Below are positions 26,136 to 37,670 of a stretch of 64,000 bases of DNA, one piece after another. The stretch spans positions 10,976,001 to 11,040,000 of the forward strand of contig NC_045697.1 in assembly GCF_009834535.1 (NCBI RefSeq). Direction: 5' to 3'. This stretch comes from Camelus ferus. Lineage: Eukaryota. The translations under genes and the position numbers were made by a program. The notes beneath the pieces were generated by a model, which was not told the origin of the DNA, did not search any database, and saw only the letters and a list, made by a program, of their open reading frames with translations. Positions within the stretch are counted from its first letter, which is position 1. Every line of letters starts with the position of its first letter.

Positions 26136-26914
26136 CACCACCCTTGCGTTCCCAGTTTGAGATAACCCAGGTAAAGCCCCAGCAAGTGCCTGACACAGAG
26201 TGTGGACTTAATAAACTGTAGCCCTTAGGATTATTCTGGGCCTGACAAATCTCAAGAGGGTTCTGTAATAGAAGTTAGGCTTGAGCCAGGGTTTCATAAA
26301 ATGTTTGTTTTGTGCTGATCTGACCTCTGAGAACCTTCACACACTCATCTCTGCTACCTCACACCCTCACATGTACCTACAGGGATAAACGTCACTTTAC
26401 ATTGTCCTGTAGAACTGCAGGCTGTTTGAAACTTCACAGAAAACTACGTGGTACGCAGTGATTTCATGATTTCTTGTTTAGGAGTTTTTAACTGTATCTA
26501 TTCCACCAACATGTGTGATAGAGTTTAGATATTAAGGATCCAGACGGGAAACTAATCAGACCTCGAAGAGTCTAGTGGGACAGTGATGAGTATTTAACAA
26601 TATTAACTTGTAAAGAACGCGCTAAGGTAGAAGCGAGAACCAAGTGCTCTTGGACCCCAGAGGGGACAGCAGACCCTGGCCAGAGATGGGGAGTCATCTC
26701 AGGGGAGGCGAGAATCAAACCGGCCCTTTAAGAATGAATAGCGTTGGCTACATAAGCAGGTGGGGGACAGCACTGTAAGAGGAAAAAGACACATGTGACA
26801 TAAGCATTTGGTGTATTCAGAGGAGTCTCGGTAGATGGTGAATCAGGTACAGGCGGGAAGAGCTAAAGATACGAATGAGAGGTGAGCGACGACCAGGTTG
26901 TGAACCGCGTGGGA

Positions 26915-27409
26915 TGTTGCGGATGTTTGTTTCCAAAGACGGTCACCATCAGTTCCTCCCCTCCTTGGAGGCACAGGCTACTTACCCATCAAGGGTGGAG
27001 TCTGTGCCTCCAGGCTTTGAATCTGGGCTGCCTTGATGGGTAGCATCGAGAAGTGCTGTGTTTCTGTTCTAGGCACTGGCAGTTATGTTTCTCCTCTCCT
27101 GGGATGCTGGCTCATGGAATCCAAGCATCATTTTGCGACAACCCCATAGAGGGGTGACGTGAAGACACTCCAGTCAACAGCTCTGCTTCAGCTCCTGCCT
27201 CATAGCCAGCCACGCGACTGCACCATCTTGAATGTACAGCCCAGCCAAACCTCTGATGACTCCAGCCCCAGCCAGCATCTCTGCCCCTGAGTGCAGACCG
27301 CCTGGCAGAGACCAATGAGCTCTCAGCAGGGTGACAGATAATAATAAATTATCTCTTGAGCCTCTGAGTTTTGGGTTGATTTTCTATCCAGCAACAGAGA
27401 ACTAGAACA
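26915..27409 (+). mobile_element. MLT1 (G/H-like) LTR
   Basis: tgttgcgg...ccaaagacggtcacca...ggtggagtct...tttgaatctgggctg...aataaatt...ctgagttttggg...agcaacagagaactagaaca. Confidence 0.75.
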
Positions 27410-28860
27410 GACGTCAAATACATTGTCCCAGGCATTGCCTGTAATGATTGCTATTCGTGTCTTTAAAGAATCAATGGAAGAAAACCTACAGTGGTGAGGG
27501 GGGTGGGGGATAAACGGGCAGTTCCCTTAGCAGTACACTCGTGGGGAAGCAACGAAGTAGCCGTTTTCCTGTATTTCCTTTGGCTTTGTTGCTATCACAC
27601 TGCAACAAAGTTTCCTCAAAATGCCAATGTTCCAGGGATGCAATGTGATGCTCTAGAAAGAACTCAGGCTTTGTAGTCAAGGGAGGTGCAGAACCAAATC
27701 CCAGCTGTATCACCTGGGAGCTCTGAGATGGGGCAAGTCACTTAATGAGGCAGACTGTCTGGCCCTACTCGGACGCTCTTTCTGAGACTGGCACACCCCT
27801 GCCGAGATGCTGCCACTGTTGCCTCTTCTCTGCAGAACAGCTCTTGGCTGATGGGAGCCATGTTTCTTAAAGGTTACCAGCTCCCACACACCCTGGGGAT
27901 GGCGCCAGGCAATGCCTGGCTGGGACAGGTGCACAGAAGTCTGGGAGCTTAGCTCAGCGGGGATAAGTCTACAGTAAGATCTGTGCTCTGAGCCTTCCCC
28001 TGCTCCATGAGCCAAGTTCAAGAAGCAGGCTACCTGAGTCCACAGCTTTTCTAGGTTTTCCCTCTTCCTTATCCTTACCCCTTTCACTCTGTTAAAGAAT
28101 TTTTTTAAACTGAAGAACATTCCCTTAAAAAAATCTGTGCCCCCTGCCCCCGAATCCTGGTCTCAGTCTCCACTTCTGGAAATCTCAACCAAAGACATGT
28201 ACCCTCACTTAGCTTCCCTTTTCAAGCCCCTCTTTTCCAGAACAGGCTGTGACGCTGTCTTACTATTGCCTGGAGCTTCATACACACGCAGTGAATACTA
28301 ACAGATGGCCTCTCTCATCTTCCTCCCTGGTACAAAGTGGGAAAATATAATGAAAGTTTTTTAAACAGAAAGTCCTCAAGTGACTTTTCCATAATCTCTG
28401 TAGACAAATCTTTTAGAAAAATAGGTAAGCTGAGGCACTGATTTTTCTTTTTTTAATGGGGAGATTGATGCCTATTTGGTGGAGATGTGAGGATTGACTG
28501 AAATAATGTCTGTGGACCTTGAATAGAAATGTTTGGTGCAAAGGAAGCAGCCAGCGAGTGGAAGCCACTGCCTCTGCATTTGGCCAGCCCTGGGAACACA
28601 GGCCAGTCCTTCTTTTCCCATCCTCGTATCCTTGGCCAGTGCAGGGCCCTCCCGGCGCAAAGAAGGCACTCCTGGGTCTGTGCAAGTAAACTGCGATGAG
28701 CAGAGGAAGAAGCCACACTTGTTAAAGATGGCACGATTGTCAATTCCCCGCCATGTGGAGTCGGGGGCCTGGATCCCGGCTCCGGACTTTTCCTTGTGGG
28801 CAGATTTCTCCGCCAGCTCTCACAAGCATCCAGACTCACATGCTTTGGTTGTTAACACGG

Positions 28861-28866
28861 TTTATT
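28861..28866 (-). terminator. Distal polyadenylation signal AATAAA
   Basis: TTTATT on the plus strand, with UGUA elements upstream on the mRNA (plus-strand TACA at 28891 and 28900). The AU-rich composition ends just after it. Confidence 0.75.
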
Positions 28867-29150
28867 ATTGGCACACTTATCAGTGAAGCATACATAAAAT
28901 ACAGCTGCTTTATAACACACGGAGCCACTGTGTCTTTACATGTGTGGAGGAACATATTAATATGCAAATGGAAAAAATTAGTTCTTTCATAAAGTTTCAC
29001 ATAAATACACTGGAATTGCCCCCAAAGAAAAGTCCCATAAAAGAACCAGGTGAGGGCTTTACAAAATATTATACAGGAAATATACCATGAAAAGAAACAG
29101 TCAACTCAGATACAATAAAAAAAAACACACACACACAAAAGAGTTTCAGA

Positions 29151-29156
29151 TTTATT
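29151..29156 (-). terminator. Proximal polyadenylation signal AATAAA (candidate)
   Basis: TTTATT on the plus strand, followed on the mRNA by a (UG)n tract and a U-run, and preceded by UGUA. Confidence 0.5.
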
Positions 29157-29955
29157 AAACTGCCCACAAAAATAATGGATTACATGGCTTAGAAATAATT
29201 TGGATTAACAGCAATTTTACAAACTCATACATTCTCAAGGGGCCAAGTGTCTCTCTTTACATAAAAACCTGCCTTGGTGTTTCTGATAACAAAAAGACAT
29301 TTCTTGTTTCAGCACTCGGGCTCGACTGAAACAATTCGGGCTCAAGGACCAATTGACATCAGCTCGGCCACAAATTACCCTGCTGGGCCCTCTTAGCTGT
29401 TACCCAATGAAAGAAAAGGTGAAGGAAAAAAACAAATAAAGGTACATTTAAATTACTTTCCAAAACGGATTTTTTTTCCTTTTCTTTTTTTACTGAAACA
29501 AGAAACTCTCAGATGCAAGTCAAAAAGCAGAAAATATTTTACAATATTAAAAAGTCATCGGTAGTTGGGTTCGGCATATAATGAGATCCTGAGCACTGAG
29601 GGTTTATGGACAATATGGCCTTCGTTGGATGCGGGAAAAGGAAATTAACAAACGTGGTTAAAATTGAGCCAGGAGAAGCGCTAGCGTTTGCTCTTGTTTT
29701 AATTACGATCAGTGCCAGTATCTGTGTTACCTGTGAAGGCCTCCAGGAAAGGGTCATGGAAGTTTATTTGGAATGATCCTCTCAGTTAAAAAAAAGAAAG
29801 GAAGAAAGAAAGAAGCTCAGATCATTGTGGTTTAGAAATCGGTATTTGCGTGGAAAAGTTTTAATTTCTCCTCCTTCCTCTCCTGTAAGTAAGGTTCTGA
29901 AATAGAGAGTGTAACCCACAGGGCTATTGACAGTGGATTCTGGTGCCGGTCAATC

Positions 29956-30186
29956 TTACTGGGAGGCCTGGGGCGGGGGGTTTTCTGATTTGGTCTCTTG
30001 AGTGGCGGGAGGTTTACTGTTCCATGGGCTGCTGTTCCCCAGGGCGGGTGAATTGGTGAAGTCTTCCTCGTCGTCCATGCCGTTGGCCGCATCATATTGC
30101 GTGTTTTCTAATCTAGTGATTAGCCTTTCGTCCTCGTCCCCAAACTCACCTCCCATCAGAGTTGGCTCTCCTACCACCATCACATC
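29956..30186 (-). CDS. LDB2: LDB2 terminal coding exon with the LIM-interaction domain (LID) and TAA stop
   Basis: Acceptor ttcacag|GAT at 30186. Encodes DVMVVGEPTLMGGEFGDEDERLITRLENTQYDAANGMDDEEDFTNSPALGNSSPWNSKPPATQETKSENPPPQASQ*, 76 aa; stop at 29958-29956. Confidence 0.98.
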   Translation of the reverse strand, partial: DVMVVGEPTLMGGEFGDEDERLITRLENTQYDAANGMDDEEDFTNSPALGNSSPWNSKPPATQETKSENPPPQASQ

Positions 30187-33108
30187 CTGTGAACAGCAGC
30201 TGACATTATTACAGGGAAACCTTGGGAGAGAGAAGCTCAGCTTAAAACACTAGTGGGAGGAGCTGGGGGCTCTAGGACAGACACGCTCGTGTACTGCACA
30301 CCGGGGTCAAGTCTCAATGTCGGGGGGCCAAGACGCATATTTGCTTTCTACAGGAAATAAACATCGCCTCCTGACGTGTAACAACCACGCGAGTTTATGT
30401 CCTTAGTGCGCAGCCTGACACCGGAGAGCGAGCAATGCTAGCAATCTGCAGAAATAAAAAAATGGATTTTTCAAAATTAAAAAAATCCACGCTTTTAACT
30501 TGCTGACACTGGGGACTCTTGAGAGGGCTATGGAACCTTCTGCTGGGTGCTTTTCAATACCTCCAAAAATCCACCAGTTTTGTGTAGGGCCTCTAAGGGG
30601 CTTTGGAAACTAGCAGCCAACACAGGGATGATGCATTCCTGCAATAGTCACGCAACTTGTTCCAAATGGCATTTTCTCTGTCCCGAGGACGGTATGCATT
30701 TTAATTGAAGACAGATCTCTCTTTGCTCTACTCAGCCAGCCCCTTTTATGCAGCCAATATCCTTGACATTCTGCTACTTAATTATGGTAATTAATTTAGG
30801 TAAAGTTTTCGATAAAAACAATGTTCACACTGATTTGACAATTTGCATAGCTAATTAAGTCATTAGCAAAAACCTGCTGATTGCCAACAAGCCCTGAATT
30901 TACCATCTGTTATTCCATGGTTCCTGTCACCTATCCCCACACAGGCAACCCTGCCACCAATCTGGGCAGTAAAGAGAACCAGTCTGTCCAGCTGGTGCCA
31001 TAAAGGGAAGATGAAGAGTGCTAATTATAATTATACTGATGAAGCGGGTAGTCATCGGAAACGGAAGCGTGCGAGAAGAACCCATCTAATCTCTCCTGTA
31101 AGTACAAACTGTCCTTCCGTGCGAACCAGGAGGCCACCTACTGTGGCCGGGGGCATCGTGGAGGCCACTGCTGGAGAGGCACCGGGACCAGGGAGAAGGA
31201 CACGATGCTGGCCTCTCTGTTCAAAGTGGACCTTACGGGGTTGACGAGTGACCTAGCACTGGGACAGGCCCCCTGTCAGGTGAATATTGATGGGTAGGCT
31301 CTGTGTAATCATCTGCTTGAGAGTGCCATGACCCAGGAGCCTACCCAGCTGCCGTCAGCCTCCGCCGAGGCTGGAAAGCCAGGCTGGACCAGACGCGTGT
31401 GGAGTTCTAAGTGTGCATTTCCCGAGAGGGTGGCTAATTTGATGAAACACCTAGACAACAGGGCAAGCATTCTTTTCACGGGCAAGAGAGGCTTTCTGGG
31501 GGCACTATGTTGGTGGTATATGCCTGTGGGCAAGCGAGGGTCCAGAGACCCCACCAGCTGAACAAATCCTTAATGACTACCTGGTTTGTTTTGGAATGGA
31601 ACCTTGTTTGTTTGACTGATTGATTCCCCTTGAATTAGGGGAGAGAATCAATAGGTTTCACTCTGTGTTTTTGGACCAATCAGTCTAGGGAATCTGATGA
31701 CAATGATTTTAAAGAGAAATGCCCCAGATGAAGTAAATGCCTAAAACATAACCTGGACAGACTCAGCAGTCTGGGTACTGGCAGGATATTCTGTTGTGTG
31801 CTTCCAAGAACGTACGTGTGACACAACAAAGAACCGGATGTGACACTGACCAGTGAGGAGACTTGGGAGGAGGACTCTTCAGGTGAGATGCAAACTGGAC
31901 CCAGACTCTGAGTGGCGAGAATGCCAGTAGGATTTTATGTGGAACATGGCCTCTACCTGACCCGCTGGGGTGTTCAGGAGAGGAATGCACCATTTGTTAG
32001 AGGAAATTAGGAGACCGCGCTTATGATCAGGAACGAAGGCAAGTGGAAAGACCAGGGACCAGGTTAAGCTGGGCAGAGGACGACATGGGGGCTTATCTCA
32101 TTCCACGACTTGTGTGTAGCCCTCTCTGAAGGGAGGGTAAAACACATGCATAAGGTGTCACAGGGCAGGAGAAGCACGTTAGGACCCACACATGGGTCTG
32201 CGTTAGTACTGTGAGCTCAGGATCATCGACAGAGGCTAGGAGAATGTGAGGAGGTAAGTATCACTGGGAAAAAGAAGCAGCCAACTTAAGCGTGATATTA
32301 GAGAAGTTCCCAACACTCCAGATGCCTTCACTGTATCAGAAAATAACAGTCATTCCAGAAAAGTACTAAGAAAATAGTGATTTGAATCACTTCAAATGGG
32401 GCTCATACAGGCTCATAGTATGTTTGCTGTATGTTTGTTCCAGGAACAGCTGGAAAAGATGTCCAGGCAGACATATCTTTGAGCATCCTAAATTCCAGGG
32501 AGATGCCACATTTGCCTTACTGATTATAAAAAATAGCCTTAGCTGAATACATTATCATGCACGTATGTGTGTGTACACAAGTGAGCACACGTGTGAGTGA
32601 TTAATAGATGGTAGGTTATAAAAGAGACGTGTGCTACGGACTTCATACGCACATAGACACCTGAGGCCACTTACACAGTTGTGTACACGTCTCTACCTGG
32701 CTCTTCTAAACCTCTAGACTTGGGTAGGGGTTCTCCACTCAGGTGGGCTTGATTTGTTATCCTCACACAAAAGGAATGGAGAATAATACACATTCTGGGC
32801 TCCCTCTGACTAGGGAATGTTGGCACCATTTTCCCCCCACCCCCACATCTTTAAAATCCCCCCCAACATTCAACAGTGAGAGGTGCATTTCCTTCCCATC
32901 TGCTGTCTCGTGTGTCCCACAGGAGGCAATACTGGTCCATCTGAGAGTAACCCACATGGCCTCGACTCCCCACGAGGCAGACCTCTGCTCCTCGCCGGAG
33001 GCCGGGAGGCGCCACCAGCTCTTGCCCGTGTCACACCTTCTCACTAATCCCCCGTGCAAGGACCACCAACCTCTGAGGAGGACTGGAAGTGACTCCTTTC
33101 AGGGCCCC

Positions 33109-33213
33109 TCAATGCTTCTCCTTAAATTGGCCAGAAGGGGTCACTGCTGTTGAATGACACAGGTCTCCATCCCTCCCAGGGTTGAGGCTGCAGTTCGGGA
33201 TGGCTCCTAGCCC
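33109..33213 (-). CDS. LDB2: LDB2 alternative exon encoding the isoform-b C-terminus, which lacks the LIM-interaction domain
   Basis: Acceptor gagcag|GGG at 33213. Reads GLGAIPNCSLNPGRDGDLCHSTAVTPSGQFKEKH-TGA in phase 0 after ...SSQVP, matching the recalled LDB2b/CLIM1b tail. It is absent from the ORF track because it is under 60 aa. Confidence 0.9.
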   Translation of the reverse strand, partial: GLGAIPNCSLNPGRDGDLCHSTAVTPSGQFKEKH

Positions 33214-35709
33214 CTGCTCATGGAGTGAGAAGCAGAATCCAAGGATTAAACCCTAGCCCTCACCAGACACACACGTTGCTGCCATGGCAGCTGGGCAGAC
33301 CACAGCTGTGGTCGGGGTAGCACATCCAGTCTGTTTGTGCCTTTGAATGAGGCAGCTAAAGCCTGCAGACTGCAGTTTTATTTAAACTGGAAGGTGGTGT
33401 GGGTCATTCAGTAGATGGGGTTAAAAGATGTGGTCATTACAAGCCAGCCAGGCTTTATCATTTGACATCCATTTGGCCAGAGTGCACAGAGAAATTTACA
33501 TATTTTCCTGGATGACTTCCCTGTTTCTCCCAGCCGTCTCTAAGTTTTACTTGATGAAAGCATCTTTAATTGCATGGTGCAGGGGCAGTGCTGAAATTCT
33601 ACTCGCAGCTTTCTAATGGTGACTGATTCTCACCAAATCCAAAGGGTCTCAACTCATTAAAAACCCCCTTGACATAAGTATCTTCCACCAAAACGCAGTT
33701 GTTGGTTTGAAGAGCGTAATGAAGTAAGAAAAACTAGGTGCTCTTTAGAAAAATTGAAATGATTTTGACTAGGTATGTCAAAATACAGACAACTACGCTA
33801 CTATTCTGCACCCATGGCAGACATCACCAATGGATGGCCCACCAAATCCAATCTAGGCCTCAGGATCCTTCTCAACACTGTGTCCTGTGAGCTGACACCA
33901 GGAGACTGAATGGGCAGGAGACAGGAACCTCTTATCATCCTTCTATTAGACAGTGAGCTCTTCAGTGACAGAGCCTGGGTCTTCTCTTGTTTGTTTTTCA
34001 GATGTTGGTATTACCAGTAGTGTGGAGCCCATAGTAGGAGCTCAGAAAACATTTGGTGAACTGATCCGAATTCTTGCAGCCACTGTGCCTTTAAGTAGCT
34101 ATGTCAGAGTTCCAGAATTCTCTGGAATTTACTTTCATTTGTTAGTGAAAACTAACAAATGTTAGTTTCTAAAACTCCAGAATTAGATGAATAAAGAGGC
34201 TACTTGTGTGCACTTTCTGGGTTGATTTATTTACATCTGGCCATTCTTTCTATGCATTTTCTAATTTAGCCAGGAGTGGGTAAAATTTATTGGCAACTTA
34301 ATTAAAAGGCTCTGCTTTTCTCCTTTGACTTTTTTCCCCCTGACTCTTCAGGGGTGACAGCCCAGTTCAAACAGCAGAGGCAACTCTGGTATTATTTAAG
34401 GACTACAATTCCTAGTGGTCTTAAAGCTAAAAGGGCGTCTCCCCTACAAGGTTGGCCATTGTCTCATGACCCTTTCTTTCTAATGCAATGGGAATGAAAA
34501 TCATACCCTCTGTCTATGGAGGATGGGAGGAGAGGCCAGGTAATTCTCAGGTCCTGATGGGGTTGGTTTTAGTCAAAGAGAACTGACCAATGGAAACTGG
34601 GGGAGTGGTAGGGGACAGATTTGAAAGACACATTTAGAAGTCAGAGGAAAATCGCCCTGAAAGGAAGGTCCGCTCTCATGTGGAGTTGGAGCAAGATCAG
34701 AACCAGAAGGAGAGGGAGGAAGGGAGGCGAGGCGAAACTGCATTGGTTGAGGGAAGTCATAAGGAAGGGCGCACTTTTGAAGCCAGACTGTCTAGAGGGA
34801 TCTATGAAACACCACAGAAATGTCAGGGCTGGAAGGACAAAGCCTGGGGAAGGGTGATGAGACAAGAGAAGCAGAGAAGGAGATCCCATAAGTCATGGTG
34901 GTGGAGAGAAGGGGTCAGAGATGCTTAAAGAAACATGAGAATTTAAAAGTGGAAAGTGGTCTAATACTGGGATGAGGAATTCGGAATCAGGAAAGAATTA
35001 GACAGAAGGAAGCAAACTGGGGAAGAAATCATAGGAGGGGAAGAAAATTCCTGCACAGTTTACACTCTGTGGGGATGCCCTCAGCTGTCAGCTTTGGAGT
35101 TCAAAGAAGCCCCCTTCTAAGTGGCCCATTTCGTTTGTTAAGACCCAGAAATGAATGAAAGAGGTCAAGAGGTCAAGAGAGTTGAGACCAAACCAGGAGC
35201 TCACCCTCCCCTTAAGCTAATGAAACAGGAAAGCAAAATCCACTGAGCTGCATTTTTAGTGGCCTTGAGTTAATTGCCTGAGTTTTAAACTAAAAGGGGA
35301 CGCCCATTGGGGGAGAGGTGGGGGCAGTCAAATGACAGTCTGGAGCCTGAGTGCCGGGAGCTAGTTTCCAGTGGAGCACAGGGGCCCGTGATGGTGCCAA
35401 GAGCCCCTTTGATGCCACCAGGAACCCTGCTAAGTGATATTTTAATTAAGCCTTAAGTGACATATCTCCTGTCTGTGACTCTGACGGCTTTTTAATTCAG
35501 GTCCCACTGCAGCACAGAGTCTTTATATTCCTTTACAATTCCCAGTTTGCAGGGGAAGGTTTCCATGACAGAATTCTCCTTCTCCCTCCAAAGCCCGGCC
35601 CCCACTCTCCTCTCCCACCCTCGATCTGCCCGGAAGGTCTTTGTGGGCCTCTGGAACTGGGAGACAGGCAAAGGCGAGATTTCAGGCCTGAAAGGAAAGC
35701 GAGACTTAC

Positions 35710-35861
35710 AGGTACCTGACTGGACAGACTCAGGTTGGCGGCCGGCGTCTTCTTCTTGCTGCCCGTGCTGTTGGCATTGGCCCCAGCGCTGCTGTTGGAA
35801 GTGCTGCTGGTGGAGTTTTTCCTTTTCCTCCGTTTAGTTGTCGGTTGCCTTGTGGGTTCTG
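35710..35861 (-). CDS. LDB2: LDB2 internal coding exon, 152 nt, with basic NLS KRRKRK
   Basis: Acceptor attgcag|CAGAA at 35861, donor CCT|gtaagt after 35710. Phase matches the upstream exon (G+CA=Ala). Encodes AEPTRQPTTKRRKRKNSTSSTSNSSAGANANSTGSKKKTPAANLSLSSQVP. Confidence 0.97.
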
Positions 35862-36670
35862 CTGCAATATGGAAAATGGAAGGAGGATCAGTTCCAGGGC
35901 TACCATCGGAACACTGTCCCTCCAGTGACTCTGTTTTTGTAAATTAAAGAGCAGACTATTTACACTTTTCCTATTTCTTCTAACTTCCTGAAAAATAAAA
36001 GGAGAAGCCGATGATTTATTTTCAGCACAAAATGTGTGAAACTCTTTTCTTTAGTATCTTGATAAAATGATTTGTATTTCATTGCTCTTTCTGATTTCAT
36101 CTATATGTCTGGAATCTATTAATATATCTTAGGGGTGAGTTACAACACTATCATAATTTGAATTTAAAATATTATTACCGGTATGAATTTGGGGAGGATT
36201 TTTTTTTCTCTGGTTTACTTTCTTTTTATAACAAAAGGAGGGCTCTGGGATCCCTTGGGAACCTCTAAGGAATGCAATAGTAACTTAGTTAAATTTGTGA
36301 ACTAGCGAATAACTGTGACATCTGCTGGCTAAGTGTCACAGTGCAGCCCAGCTCTATTACGCCTTGAAATGCTGAGGTAAAAAGAAGAGGCATGTCCATT
36401 CTATCAGCCATCAATATGTAACTTAGGGATTCCTGAGCTCAGTAGAAATACCCATGGTTTGGACCCTGGTGTTTAAAGGATGCTATTAATTTCAAAATTC
36501 CTGGGGGAAAAATGTCTTTGTATGCTACAGCTAACATATTAATGAAAAGAAGCTAGATGTCTTCCAGAAAGGCCTGTTTAGAAATAAAGAAAAATATTTT
36601 GGACCTAAAGGATGGGGCAAAATCTTAATGGAAGCATAGGGACCCATGGAAATGTGTGGTAAGAAGAATT

Positions 36671-36696
36671 TTAATTAATTAATTAATTAATAATTA
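36671..36696. repeat. (TTAA)n simple repeat
   Basis: ttaattaattaattaattaataatta seen directly. Confidence 0.85.
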
Positions 36697-37424
36697 GCTT
36701 ATTTATTTATTGTGTATTGGGAGCATTACTCAATGTTTTCATCTTAATGTTTTCTGTTATTTTATATTCATTGCAACTCTATTAATTAGGTACTATTATA
36801 ATCTTTGTTTGGGGAAATGATAAATCTTCAGAAGCCTGTTAGAGGCAGTTACTAATTGAGTTGGAAATGGAATGTAAGAGCATCCTTTTCAGTAACCCTA
36901 TTCTAGATCCAACTCTGACGGGGAGAAGGTAAGCCAGGGCCACACTGGAACTAAGTGAGGGGTCTTTGTAGCATTTTCTTAGCACACCAATGCTGCTTCT
37001 GATGCACAATGTGGAAGATCTCCTTTAAGGCGCATTTCAAAGATGACTTATTCCACCATGTCATTCCTGACTTTTAATGATGAATGAGATTATGTTTCTA
37101 TTCATACCTTATTTTTTTCTTTCATAAATATTGTGTCTCTTATGTTTAAAGATTTTCACCAAAGGGCCTATCCAACAGGCTGGAGAAAAGTTGAGCTGTA
37201 CATTCCAAAGTCAAGAAAACCCAGGTTTCCCCTGACAGGCATTGCCTTCCCTTGACTTGAATTGGAAATCTGCTGCTTTTAAAAAAAAGTATCTGTACTT
37301 TTTTCATGGAATTTGGGAAAAATATACTTAAATCATATGTTCTGGATGACTCCCACTGGCAGTAGGTAGCTGTGGTAATAAAGTCATGAACTGAAGACAC
37401 AAAAACCTGCTGTAACATAGGCTT

Positions 37425-37670
37425 CCATTGATTAGCTTCAAGCTAACTTGGGCAAATTACTACTTTAAATCTCAGGCCTATTAAGAAAATGGGAATAACA
37501 AGAAATACCTCATGACATTATTGTGAGGATTCAATAAGAGAATTGAAGGTCCGTGAGGGCTGGGACTTGTGACTGTTTCATATGGAGTGGTGCCCATTGT
37601 GGCTAGAGGAGTGCCTGGCACCAAGTAGGGGTTCAATAAGTAATTGTTGAATAAATGAATGAATTAATCA
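37425..37670 (+). mobile_element. MIR fragment followed by an L2 3' tail
   Basis: aacttgggcaaattact...aaaatgggaataaca...gtgaggatt, then gtgcctggcaccaagtaggggttcaataagtaattgttgaataaatgaatgaat. Confidence 0.7.

Larger units (their letters stand above)
28843..29955 (-). other. LDB2: LDB2 3'UTR (~1.1 kb)
   Basis: Repeat-free, U-rich on the minus strand, running from the stop codon to the distal AATAAA. The cleavage position is estimated. Confidence 0.75.

Noticed and set aside
29832..30253. Overlapping alternative-frame and antisense ORFs on the last LDB2 exon
   Set aside because: Shadow ORFs expected from GC-rich coding sequence, with no independent support.
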